Shown in pieces: positions 50,021 through 60,358 of a stretch of DNA of 64,000 bases. Each line of letters opens with the position of its first letter. Positions within the stretch are counted from its first letter, which is position 1. The notes beneath the pieces are model-generated. The model did no database searches, had not been told where the DNA came from, and saw only the letters and a program-made list of their open reading frames with translations. The stretch comes from Raillietiella orientalis (lineage: Eukaryota): assembly GCA_036172245.1 (NCBI GenBank), contig JAYWIR010000025.1, positions 682,001 through 746,000 on the forward strand, given 5' to 3'. The translations under genes and the position numbers were made by a program.

Positions 50021-50545
50021 ATGGCAGTGTCTAATTGTCCTTTTTGTGAGATTATCGAGAAAGATTCCAGGGAAGAGATTTTATTTCAAGTTAAGGCTAA
50101 GTACTGTATGAATTTGCCATCAATGAGTACTTGTTAAAGGATGAAGGAGTAGTTGTAATTCAGGACATCAGACCGGCAGCTGACCACCATATGTTGATTT
50201 TGTCCAGACAACACATCCCATCAATAGGTTCCCTTAATTTCAGCCATCTACCTTTGGGTTTGTTCCACATATAGCTGAATCAGAACAGTAAATGGTTCTT
50301 CAGTCCATAGGATGCTAGATGTTGGTAACATGAGCATTCAACAATGCAAAGGAAACACTGAGGATGCAAGGTAAAAAAAATTAAGCAGAACAGCTTTTTG
50401 TTAGGAGTTTATTTCCAGATTTGGATTCCATCGTCCTCGTTTTAATTCAATTCATCATCTCCACATGCATGCCATTTCTCCAGTTTCAACCATGAAATTT
50501 ATATCCAGAATCATGTATATGCCAAATTCCTGGTGGTTTGTAGAG
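50021..50545 (+). CDS. HINT3: Histidine triad nucleotide-binding protein 3 (terminal exon uncertain)
   Basis: MAVSNCPFCEII, DIRPAADHHMLIL, FGFHRPRFNSIHHLHMHAISP (HIT motif HxHxH), PNSWWFVE followed by a donor GTAATT at 50546. Confidence 0.88.
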
Positions 50546-51269
50546 GTAATTTTGTTTTATTTAATGTAAAAGTTTATTTGAAAAGCCATTGGTAATTTTT
50601 GCACATAATTCCAATTTCAAATAATCCATGATTTAAAAAAGACTTTGCTTGGCATTAGAATTTTTTGCAAACTCCATTTTCATCAGAGCGATCAATAAAA
50701 CGCCCTCGAAAAAATATTTCCGTACGTTTTGTGTATTTTTTGTCAGAATATGCGCATAAAAGGGACAAACGTGAAGCAAGAAAATGGACATGCTTTGTTG
50801 AAGAAATGAAGATATAATATTTTTTGTGACTGTAACCAAATTATATAATTTAGATGATGTGCTATGTTTACTCTGAAATGTTATTTTTGGTTTCTGCATT
50901 TGTTTGCATTTATGTGTGTGTGTGTGTGTTTTTTGTGGAGTAATTGCACAATTTGCTTTCATTATAGATCATGTTTGGTTTAGCTTTCGCCATCGATTCT
51001 TGTTTATGGTAAATAAACATGAACCTTGCGTAAATAAACCTATACAGAAATTACTTGCTAATTTTTTCTTTTGTTTTAAAGTTTTATTTTGAACTCAGTC
51101 AGAATGAATTTCTGGTGTGTGTACCAGATATATCTTGTCTGCACACAGACGTAAGCGGATTTTTTTATGATAATATAATGCCGTTTTCATAATTTACCCT
51201 TTTATAAGATGTATTTTATTTTGCCCTTATGATCTGGTTTAATTTCTACATTTTTTGTTTTCTCCACCG

Positions 51270-51700
51270 GAAGTGTGAAAAGATTACACATGTGAAACAT
51301 ACGAGCATTCTTCCTGAAACTTCAAAAGTTAGATTCAAGTATGGAAGGGGCTATAGCAGTTTTAGAACATTCTATGAAAAGCATGTTCCTAGTTCCCCAC
51401 ACAATCCATGTGAGGATTGCAACATTTGAATAGGAGCACTATAAAACCACTATTAATTTCCAAAAAAACTTTGCTCTTAACTGTGTGGTGGGAAAACGGG
51501 ATTAAATCTGGTGACGAGTCGAATTTGGTTCCAAAGGCATAATAATCAAAAATGTTCTTTTCAAAGACTTTTGGAAGAGGTATGAAAAGAGAAAAAGAAA
51601 ACGAGACCTGGAGATTTAGTGGAAACACTGTTAACCATCGATGGTTTCACATCATCGTAACTGAAGCAATATGAGCCCTAAGAATGAGAGAGCAATTGAA
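51270..51700 (+). mobile_element. Degenerate 3' end of an AT-rich L1/Tx1-like ORF2 (zf-RVT-like)
   Basis: NPCEDCNI...H...C followed by WFHIIVTEAI*ALR (cf. W-x-I-x3-IW-x2-R). Many stops. Confidence 0.3.
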
Positions 51701-52266
51701 TATCTTGAAACCGATAATGCAGAAGAAATAACAAAAAAACAGGAAAGTGAGGAAATTAGGAAAAGCACTTGAAATAATGAGGAGCGAGAGGGTGGGCATA
51801 TTGGCGAACTCATGAAAGTCAGTTGAAAGCACTGAATGTGAACAGTGTTGAGTGTATGCCCCATTAAGGTACGGAATATGGTTAGAATTTAAAAGATTGA
51901 TATTCGCAGATTTTTATTGAAAATCATCGCTGCACACAATTAGAAAGAAAATCAGAGGTTTAACAGACCTGGTACAATGAAAGGATATGACAAAATGGGA
52001 CTCATTTTGCAGTTTTTCTTTACCCGAAAAAGAATGGAAATGTTTGTCTTTCCAAAAGGTTTTAGACGTCACTTTCAGCTTTTGCTTTGTAAATGACTTT
52101 GAAACCTACATTATCGTTTCCATCTGAAGTGAACTTGGGCATGACCTCAACAAGCCAACTTAAACAAGCAGTTTATTGAATAAAAGTTCTGCTGCTACCA
52201 AGTAATCGCCAAATGGTCCATTCCGGTTTGGTAATGTTTTGAAAAGCCAAGTGATAAAAGGGAGAG

Positions 52267-52482
52267 ATGTTTTGTTGGAAGGAGGTGGAGGAGATTGAGT
52301 ACCTTCAAACCAATTTCGCGCTTGAAAGAATAATAAACTTCACAAGACTGTTCTTGCCAGGATCTAACCAGACATTGAATCTCGAAAGGTATCAAATGTG
52401 TTCCTGTGTTTGGTGTGAGGTGTTCATAAGAAACTCCTCTGCGAGATACAAGTCTTATTCTGTTCTAAGACATCGAACTTAA
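52267..52482 (+). other. Putative nucleoprotein EVE fragment
   Basis: VEEIEYLQTNFALERIINFTRLFLPGSNQTLNLERYQ aligns ungapped to henipavirus N ISDIGNYVEETGMAGFFATIRFGLETRYPALALNEFQ (I, R, L, L, L, F/Y, Q positions kept). Confidence 0.45.
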
Positions 52483-53410
52483 TTCTGAGAGAATATCAGT
52501 AAAATTCTAATGATGCTAAACAGACTTTGCAGAGTCTGGCTACCCACATTTCTAAAGAGATCGTTCTCTTAACAAAGATTCATGTGTGTCAAAGCATCTA
52601 ATCATAAACTGACCTGTGTGAACGAATTTTTGTTTTTGTTTTTTTCAATTAAAAAAAAAGGAATTCAAGCTCCGGTTCGAAAAAATCTAAGAATATTTGA
52701 AAGAATAAATGAGGTGATTTAGAGGAAAGTGAAACAAACATCTTTTTGTAATAAGAATACGAAATGGCGGAAATTAAAAACGAGTTGACGTCTGTGTCGT
52801 GTTGTCGTTCAGATGAACATGTCAAGAGATCATTCAGGTCGCATGCTGAAGCTAACCGAGAATTCACCTTTATGCAGTTTTTTTTTTTTTTTGAAAATTT
52901 GTGAACACAGTCCAAGCGCTCACAGAGACGAGTTGCGCGTAGCAACGTAGACGAGGATTGCCGATTTTGGTGTTTTTTTTTTTTTTTCTCTTCTGTCTTT
53001 GGCTTTTAGTTGATGCGAGTGGTGGCCGTGTTACCGTTAACGAATACACTTCCTCTATCTTAGGCCAGTGTGCTGCTTCAGCAGTTAGGAAAAAGCATCC
53101 CCAAGTAAGCTGTCTGGAAAGACAACGCGGCTGTTGGAACTGTTTGAACGAAAATCTTCACCAAATAATCGTTGCAATAAAATCGTTTAAATGGAAATCT
53201 GTGTAATTAATTCTTACTTCCCACACATTTGATCCTAGTGACGTGAAGTTTATAACTTGATTGAGAAATTGGTATGCAAGCACTTTGAAAATCACCTGAG
53301 ACAAACAGTGTTTATGTGGGAATAATCAGGCTCAATTATAGAGTTCAAGGGGCATTTACTGTATGCTCAAATCGGTGGTGAAGGAATGTTTCAACAAATA
53401 GGAATCGAAC

Positions 53411-53737
53411 TTGAACATTGGATTTATGAGTTTTACAGATGAGGAGAGGAAAACTTATTTCGTTGGAACCTTGCGCATCGGTATTTTACATCAACTACAT
53501 ATATCTTCCACACACTCCTGGATCAGATACTTAATGAGAATCCCTTTCATATTAATGGGATTCGAAGTTCCGGAGAAAGTCAACATTGTCCTGTCAAACT
53601 TTCGCTCTGCAGCTAACGGCATGCAAACCTTTCACGTTTTTTATGGTTTGCTCAAGGCAGGCATCCCCTTCCCTTTGCCAGTAACAAACATGAGATGGGA
53701 ACACAAGTCAGAGATTTACATCTCATGAAAAAAAAAA
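53411..53737 (+). other. Putative nucleoprotein EVE fragment ending in an A-run
   Basis: ISSTHSWIRYL...GFEVPEK..VLSNFRSAANGMQTF vs bornavirus N INGQPWVGSF...[25 protein letters not shown]. A-run at ~53728-53737. Confidence 0.5.
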
Positions 53738-53859
53738 AGAAGGAAATCCATTCTCAGTTACAATGCTCTCGATGAGAAACTGTGGGTCGTTTTTGAGCTG
53801 CCTGCTGAGTTTACTTTGATGTCATTCCGATTTCTTACACTGGACACCGCCCTGAAGCA

Positions 53860-54040
53860 CAAACAGTGATCCACTTGCATTGATATGGAACGTTCAAGTT
53901 GGATCACGAAAAACGAAAGGCAGCACAAAAAGTATAAACTGGCAAATGGAATCAGCGCTACATCCTTTGAGTGCTTCAAGTACGGTGCTCCGTTTTGGTG
54001 TCTTTTGGCGTCGACTGCTGGATTTTGTAGATTCCTGTGT
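53860..54040 (-). other. Putative nucleoprotein EVE fragment
   Basis: GAPYLKHSKDVALIPFASLYFLCCLSFFVIQLERSI vs respirovirus N RAPFICILKDPVHGEFAPGNYPALWSYAM (AP(Y/F)-x4-KD-x5-FA-x3-(Y/F)-x4-S) and morbillivirus VELENSM. Confidence 0.6.
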
Positions 54041-54960
54041 TTCGAAAACTATTTGGCTAAGGAATTGCAGAAACTATCTTTCCTGAGTTCCCACCCTCAA
54101 CCTGTTCCCACCCCTGAAGGTCTCAAACAGCCAGTTGTGGATGCTAATTCATTCTGTTGGTGCGTCTGCAGTCTCCACTGATTTCATTCAACTTTTGGGG
54201 AATCACCATGTCCCAATCACGAATGACATCATGTCTTATGAACTACGTCTGACGTTTCCGCACTGATATCGTGAATTCAAGACATCCAAGCTGCTTAACG
54301 TTTTGTCTATGATGCGCTCAGCAAGGCATCCCGAAGGAGCGTTGACTTTCATTTGCAAGCGCTGATGTGCTTCAGAATAAAGAAGGAAGACTCTATCATC
54401 TCTCCAATGAATCATTTGCGGGTGCGTATGGAGAGCTCCCAAGCAAACTCATGATTCGTAGCATGCTCGTTCTCATAAGCTCCAACTTTCTGCAAGAATA
54501 GGGAGAGTGCTGTAGATAAATCTGGCACGAGAAAGTCTTTTGAATCGTATCCTCCTTTCAGTAAAACTTACAGCATATACATCAATTGTGCGTCATGCTA
54601 TTTTTGCACCAGCATGGCTCAGAGCTTGTAAGGGGAGACAGAAAAGGCGAAACAACAGAAAATCGGGCTCCAACAGAGAAGGAAATAAGATCTTGCCGAT
54701 ACAAGGACGCAAGAATATAAAGAAATCACAGGATGAATTAGTTCTTTTTGTTTTCGTCATTATAGTACGTGTTGTGGTTATAGCTATGAGGATTACAGTT
54801 CATTCCATGCTATGGATGTCCTTATCCGAACAGCCGATGTCACTGGTTCGGTCCTGCAGGCAGAACACCGTTGACACGAATCGATCGATGGCTTCAGAAA
54901 AGGAGAATCGCGTTATTCACAGGGTCGAATTTGGTTTGACGTAGTGGAATTCAAGAATCC

Positions 54961-55470
54961 GAGCTGAGGAATCCTATGATGAAAGCTGTAAAGCTCGATG
55001 CGTGCGGTGCAAATGCCATTACTATGAAGCCACAGCAAGCGGAACAAGTGGCCTTCACCAACTTCTAATTTCTTTACATGTTTTCATCAAACCTGAGGAT
55101 CCTGCGACACGAAGTGCATCCGTTTCGCGACGTCCTCTCTAAATCCTCACAAGCTGTAGCCACAAAGAACGTCAGTTCCAGGCTCAATCCTTACGAACCA
55201 GGGTCAGCTGTCGCTCATGCAATCATCTGTGTAGCCTTCAATAACGGAAAGGTTCAGAAAAAATTCATAATGAACACTAGATTGCAATAATCATCGATTA
55301 GGAAGGAAAATTTTGATCCATCTTACCGAGCACTAATGCTCAGCCTCTCTCATTGTCTGCATGCAACTCAGACCGAGATGAAGATAACTGAAGCTGATGG
55401 ATTGCTGCAGCAAGTAAGAAAAATCGCAGCAGTGGCGAAGACATTTAGAGCATTAGAATCACCTTACTAG
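54961..55470 (+). other. Putative nucleoprotein EVE fragment
   Basis: One frame with few stops: MMKAVKLDACGANAITM...ILRHEVHPFRDV vs bornavirus N [17 protein letters not shown]...VVAYEIRDFLEV. Confidence 0.4.
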
Positions 55471-56627
55471 AGTGAAAACCGACTCTGCCTATCCGTGAAT
55501 TAAAACAGAAGACGAAAAAAGCAAGCACACTTCTATCATTCAAATTCGAACCACCAACGCGATTTGCAAACATTACCCGAAATTATGCGTGACATTTGTT
55601 GAATTTTACGCTTTCTACTCAAGGAGGAACCAGAACTTTCATCTGTTCCTTGAGATGTCCTCGGCTCGTGCCTATACATCATGCCAAAACTAAAGATCTA
55701 CCAAACTTTCGTATCACTTAATGGCATCCGAACATCCGAGTGCTGTGCATGCATTGTGCATTCACATTCACATTATCACATGAATATTACCTGTCAGACT
55801 TGGTGGGGAGATCTTGTGAGGAATTCCCCTAAAGGGAATGTACACGAACAACGTGTACCTCGTGATGTGCCACTAGCTACCGCTTACATCGCGTACACCA
55901 AACGACAAGTGTTTTCATCTTTTTCTTTTCAATCCAATGGTGATGGTTTTTGTGTTCTGTTGCTCCTGTCTAGTGGACTGGTCTTGTGGACGAAGAAGGT
56001 GAATTTACAATGCTTGAACTACGACGTGTTTCAATTTGATTTCAGTTTTGCCGTTCTCGAAATCCTTGTGTGCCATTGCGTCGTTTATGGCGAGTGCAGC
56101 CATGGCTATGCCACGGGCACAAAGGTGGTCTTAACCTCAAGGGGTAAATCCAGATCTCTCACCTCCTAAGAGTGTACATTGTGAATCCAAAAAAAGACAA
56201 AGGCTCCTTCGCAAATTTCGACAAATCGGAAACATTCAAAAGATCTTTTTCTTGCGGCATAACGCAAAACAATGCAATTTGAGAACGATAATTATTCTAT
56301 TATACTCATCCATAAAATGGTCTGCATCCTGCCTTTCAAGGATCCAACTGATTGAAAATGGAATACAATGCAAGAAAGCTCGGTGATGCTGACCAGTCGA
56401 AGTACGTGAAAAGGAAGCAATCAGTTTTCCCCTCTCAAATGTTGAAATTTGTACTAGGTCTTAGAAGTCCGTCGCATAAAAATCAAGGTAAAAAAAAAGA
56501 CATTCCCTACAGAATTTATATTGTGAGTGAAATATGGGAAGCTATTATTCTGCAGAATTTGCCTAAACTAGCAACCAAAGAATCAACTGAAGAGAGGAAA
56601 CACCAGTGTTGGTACCACTGGGGTATG

Positions 56628-56910
56628 CTAGCCGGAGTGAACCGTAGTGGTTCTCTTGCTAGTTCCTAGTGGTAACTGAACCAGTTGTGAGAAGTGGTCT
56701 TTGCCAGTTGAAAACAAATACCAATCGTACACAGTAATCACATGAAAACGAATATCTATTGAATAATTCGCGATAGCGAATATTTTCTCCGTGTCGATGC
56801 TCCCACGATGTGTATGCAGCAACTTCGCGAACCTGGGCGGCATTCATTCTCATATTCATGATTGGTGCCAACCCCACGAGGTTCACATATGCATCCGAAG
56901 AAGAGCTCTA
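56628..56910 (-). other. Putative nucleoprotein EVE fragment
   Basis: SDAYVNLVGLAP...HGENIRYRELF and frameshifted RFHVITVYDWYLFSTG vs avulavirus N VDSYIRNTGLTA...KGENAPYMTLL...SFAPAEYAQLYSFAMG (F1, Y10, F12, G15 kept). Confidence 0.6.
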
Positions 56911-56959
56911 GTGAATGACTTGCATCAGCAATGCTTCCGCGCTCAGTGGATTTCCTGGT

Positions 56960-57410
56960 TTGTAGAAGGTATAAGGTAACAAAATTATAAGGTGAAGATC
57001 CTGAAGTGCAAGAATTGCAAATTCCTGGAGTTGTAGGAATTAAGATATGGAATTTATAAGTTTATTGATGGTTAAGTTCTGTTATAAGATGATGTTCTTA
57101 AGTATAAGAATGAAGAATCTTCTTAAGTATAAACATTGCAAATATTTTCCGTAAAGAAAATACATCATCAAGAAAGGTAAGATAGAGGAAAGAAAAGGAT
57201 AAGTAATGAGAGAAAAGTTGCGTTAATGGATGAGATATGGAGCAGTTGGAGTATATTAGTAGGCAGAATAATAATTGTTGGTAGTATAATGTTTGGATGG
57301 GTTAAGAATGATATTTGGGGGGCAGAGGTAAGAAGCAAGTAATTGCTATTGGCGAAGAAATCAGTTTCCAGGTATTCATTTGGGTGGAAGTCATTTCTGG
57401 AAGTGGTGGG
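56960..57410 (-). pseudogene. Nuclear mitochondrial insertion (NUMT), nad2-like
   Basis: Abrupt switch to AT-rich, strand-skewed sequence. In the mitochondrial code the minus strand gives a frameshifted PPL/KWLP (cf. nad2 PPFHFWLP) then QLLHISSINATFLSLLILFFPLSYLSWW. Confidence 0.55.
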
Positions 57411-57414
57411 CAGC

Positions 57415-57905
57415 ACGGTCAGCTCCAGTACCTAGGTCTGCTGCGAAGGTTTGATACAAGTCCTCTGGCAGCCCGTCCTCCCCTGGTACTTTCGCCTCTC
57501 GGAATCCCTAAGGCGGCGATGATCTCTGAGGAGATGATCTTGGGAGAAAGTGAACAACACGGTGAGCAAATTACTCCACTATCAGACTGGCGAAGAGGGA
57601 CCACAGGTCCGAGTTCTTTTTGGATGGGTAAGCAAATATTCGCTGGACCGATTGCAGCGGCCTGAGAGGCCGACTTTCGGAGGCATCGGCGGCATGCCGT
57701 TAACGAAGCACGAGTTATCGTGCACCAGCTGGACAGGCCACTGGTGTTTTCCAAGTTGGGACCATCACTCAAATTTCCTTCTTTTGGCATCCGAAGTTGC
57801 ATTTGTCCGACGCTTTTTGACTCCTAATTTTCGAATTGCAGAATTTCTTACGGGGAAGAACGGTTCGAAATGGGCAGTGGCTACTAAATTGCGCCTGACA
57901 GCGGT
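57415..57905 (+). pseudogene. Inverted, diverged partial copy of the aspartic protease pseudogene (exon-intron-exon)
   Basis: tgggagaaagtgaacaacac, gatgggtaagc, ctggtgttttccaagttgggaccatca, ttgcagaatttcttacggggaaga and gacagcgg align colinearly with the reverse complement of ~58710-59120. Confidence 0.8.
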
Positions 57906-58076
57906 CACTTTGCTCGTAAACTCGCCGTTGGCGTATTTCCTTCCACTTAGCCACGCCCACTCAGTTTGCTCGGAAACACAACAAGGAATTTATTCAAGCA
58001 TGCCTTCGCCACCAAGAAAAGCACAAAATCAGAGCACACCGGAGAATGTTGCGGACGGAGGGAACGTGCGAAAGGC

Positions 58077-60004
58077 TCAGTTGGAGAACGCAATTGCCCC
58101 TTCGTGGTCGGTGTTCTCTTCGATCAGCATCGATCTTTGATCACGAGGACTTTCCTCATCAGGCCCACTCCGAAGCTCCAGTCTGCCTGCGTCTCCTTCC
58201 GTAGCCCGTGATTGAAAAGCAAGAACAGACTTGCTTTTCGGAGGAATCTGAGGGAAGAAACGAGTGAGGTTTTCACTTTTCAAGCGAGAACGCCCCGAAG
58301 CGGTGTGGTGCGGGGCTATGGAAGCAGGTCGTTGCTCGAACGTGCTCGAGATCGGACGAAACAGCATCCGCTCGCGCGAACGTCCCCGACATGAAAGAGA
58401 CGCCACGGAGGCACGCGGAAGACGGACGGAGGGACCGCCACCTCGGGTGATGAAGACTTTGGCTCGCCTCCATTGTGTACTCGAAGACGTTCAGAGTAAC
58501 ATACACGTATCCTCCCACCCAATATGTCACATTCTTGTGCACTCGAGGATCCCGGACGTCGCAAGGCAACTGTGTGCTTAGGTGAGTAATTTTCGTGACT
58601 GCGCAGGACACCAGCCTGGTAGAGGCGATGGTGAGATGGAACGGGTGTCGCAGCAATGAATTTCAGCAACCAGGTCATGAATTTCTACGGTACTTCCAGG
58701 AAAGAGAAGCCGCTGTCCAGCACGGTGTGGTATGCCGTGCATATTTCGAATTCTTCGTCGCCGTACAAAATTCTGCAACTGGAAAATTCGAGATCAAAAA
58801 GAGTCAAATGGGTCCATAGCGAATGCCAGAGGAAAAGGATTTGCATGATGATCCCAACTTGGCCAACACCAGCTGATTGCCGAGATGGTGCTCGCAAACT
58901 CGTGCGTCGTCGCCAGTATGCCGCTGATGTCTCCCAAAGAGCGCGACTCAGACCACTGTCATCGACCCAAAGAAATGAATGTTTTCCCACCCATCTAAAT
59001 CGAACGCAGGGAGATACGGCCACTTTTTCCAAGTCCGATCTTGAATTATCTTGATCATAGTGCTGTTTGCTTTCTCCCAGTCTCTGGAGTCGACCCCACC
59101 GAACGTTATTGCAGCCGAAGTCGCTGGGGTGAGAAAGACGGAGCCACTTATGGCCTGTTCGCTTCCCTCCTTACTCTCCGAGATGAATCCGTAAACCTTG
59201 GGTTGCGGAGCAACGGCTTGTAGACTCTTCATGTCCATTCCGAGGGGCCCGTCTCCGACCATGTACGAATACAGGTACGACGAGTTGGTTTGCAGAGCGA
59301 ACAGCTCCAGGACTTCGTTCTGGTTTTCGAATGAAACGGACTTGTCGACGTTCCGAACCTGAAGAGGTCGTATTCCCGACTCGAAAACTTCGGGTGCAGC
59401 GTCACCTTGACGGTGTCCAGTCCTTCTCTTGCGGTCATGTTTACTCCCCAATACCATCTCTTGGTCTTGCGTCTACCCGTCCACATACGGGATCTCCCGG
59501 GGTCGAATCTCTTATGGTTTTCTGAAAGAACCTCGTTGAAGAGACATCGGCAGTTGTGCCGGTGCACCACTTACTGCACCACTCGGATTCACACTGAATG
59601 TCAGGGAGCCATAGTCCACCGAACATGCTGTCCGCGTTCACCTTGAGTTCCTTCCTCTCCGAGTCGATCTTCACGGTGGTGTGCAGCTGCCGCTGAAAAG
59701 GGAGCGTTCGTCATCTTCCGCGTATGGGTTGTCCGCGGTTCTCACCAGCTTGGAGTCGTATCCCAAGAAAAGAGTATGGACCAGGGCGTCATCGGATTTC
59801 ACGTGAGGTATCCTGAGAGAAGAAACAAAATGAGACGCGCTCTTCCGCAGAGCTCTGCGCACAGCCTCGCAGAGCAAAGACTTCACGACCAACCGCACCC
59901 TGGCTCTGGAAGCTGTCACAGCTCTGAGTCCTGCCACTCGAAGGAAAGCACGGAGCTGTCCAAGAACACCGCAGGTATCTCCACATCATCCAACGGTATT
60001 CCAT
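58077..60004 (-). pseudogene. Pepsin-family (A1) aspartic protease, intron-containing, disrupted
   Basis: Exons encode VKIDSERKELKVNADSMFGGLWLPDIQC, NHKRFDPGRS..YWG..GLDTVK, ITFGGVD, VLDSGFSFLEVP, LPCD..VTYWVGG, WSFGVGLMRK and AIAFS*. In-frame TAG at 58685-58687 and frameshifts in the last exon. Confidence 0.8.
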
Positions 60005-60092
60005 GGTGATCCGCCCAGCGGAGAACTCTTTTGGGGAGGGCTGTGGGAGTGGAAGCGTTAGCCAGCTGACGCGCCTTCCAACACAACCCAAT

Positions 60093-60312
60093 AGTTGTTT
60101 GATTTAAGTAATAGATATTGTGTTGTGTTAATGGGGTTAGGTTTTATACTGGTGGTAGGGGTTAGCATGGTTGTGGAGGAAATTGAGGGATTTATGTTGT
60201 CTTTTATGGAGAAATATATAGCGATTGGAGGGGCGTTTGTTGGTTTATTATTGATGGGTATAATGAATTTTATGTTTGGGGGTTGTTAAGTTGGTTCTTG
60301 TTTCAAGTTAAA
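60093..60312 (+). pseudogene. NUMT: 3' part of a GT-rich hydrophobic mitochondrial gene (nad6/nad4L-like)
   Basis: Extreme G+T skew and hydrophobic VVLMGLGFMLVVGVSMVV...GGAFVGLLLMGMMNFMFGG, directly followed by a mitochondrial-type tRNA. Confidence 0.65.
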
Positions 60313-60358
60313 ACTAATATGACAGAAATATATGTATTAAATTTAGGATTTAATTATG
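60313..60358 (+). tRNA. trnL: Truncated mitochondrial tRNA-Leu(UAG) pseudogene (part of NUMT)
   Basis: ACTAATA-TG-ACA GAAATATA TGT-A-TTAAA TTTAGGA TTTAA: D stem, perfect 5-bp anticodon stem, anticodon TAG at 60344-60346. The 3' acceptor strand is missing. Confidence 0.8.
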
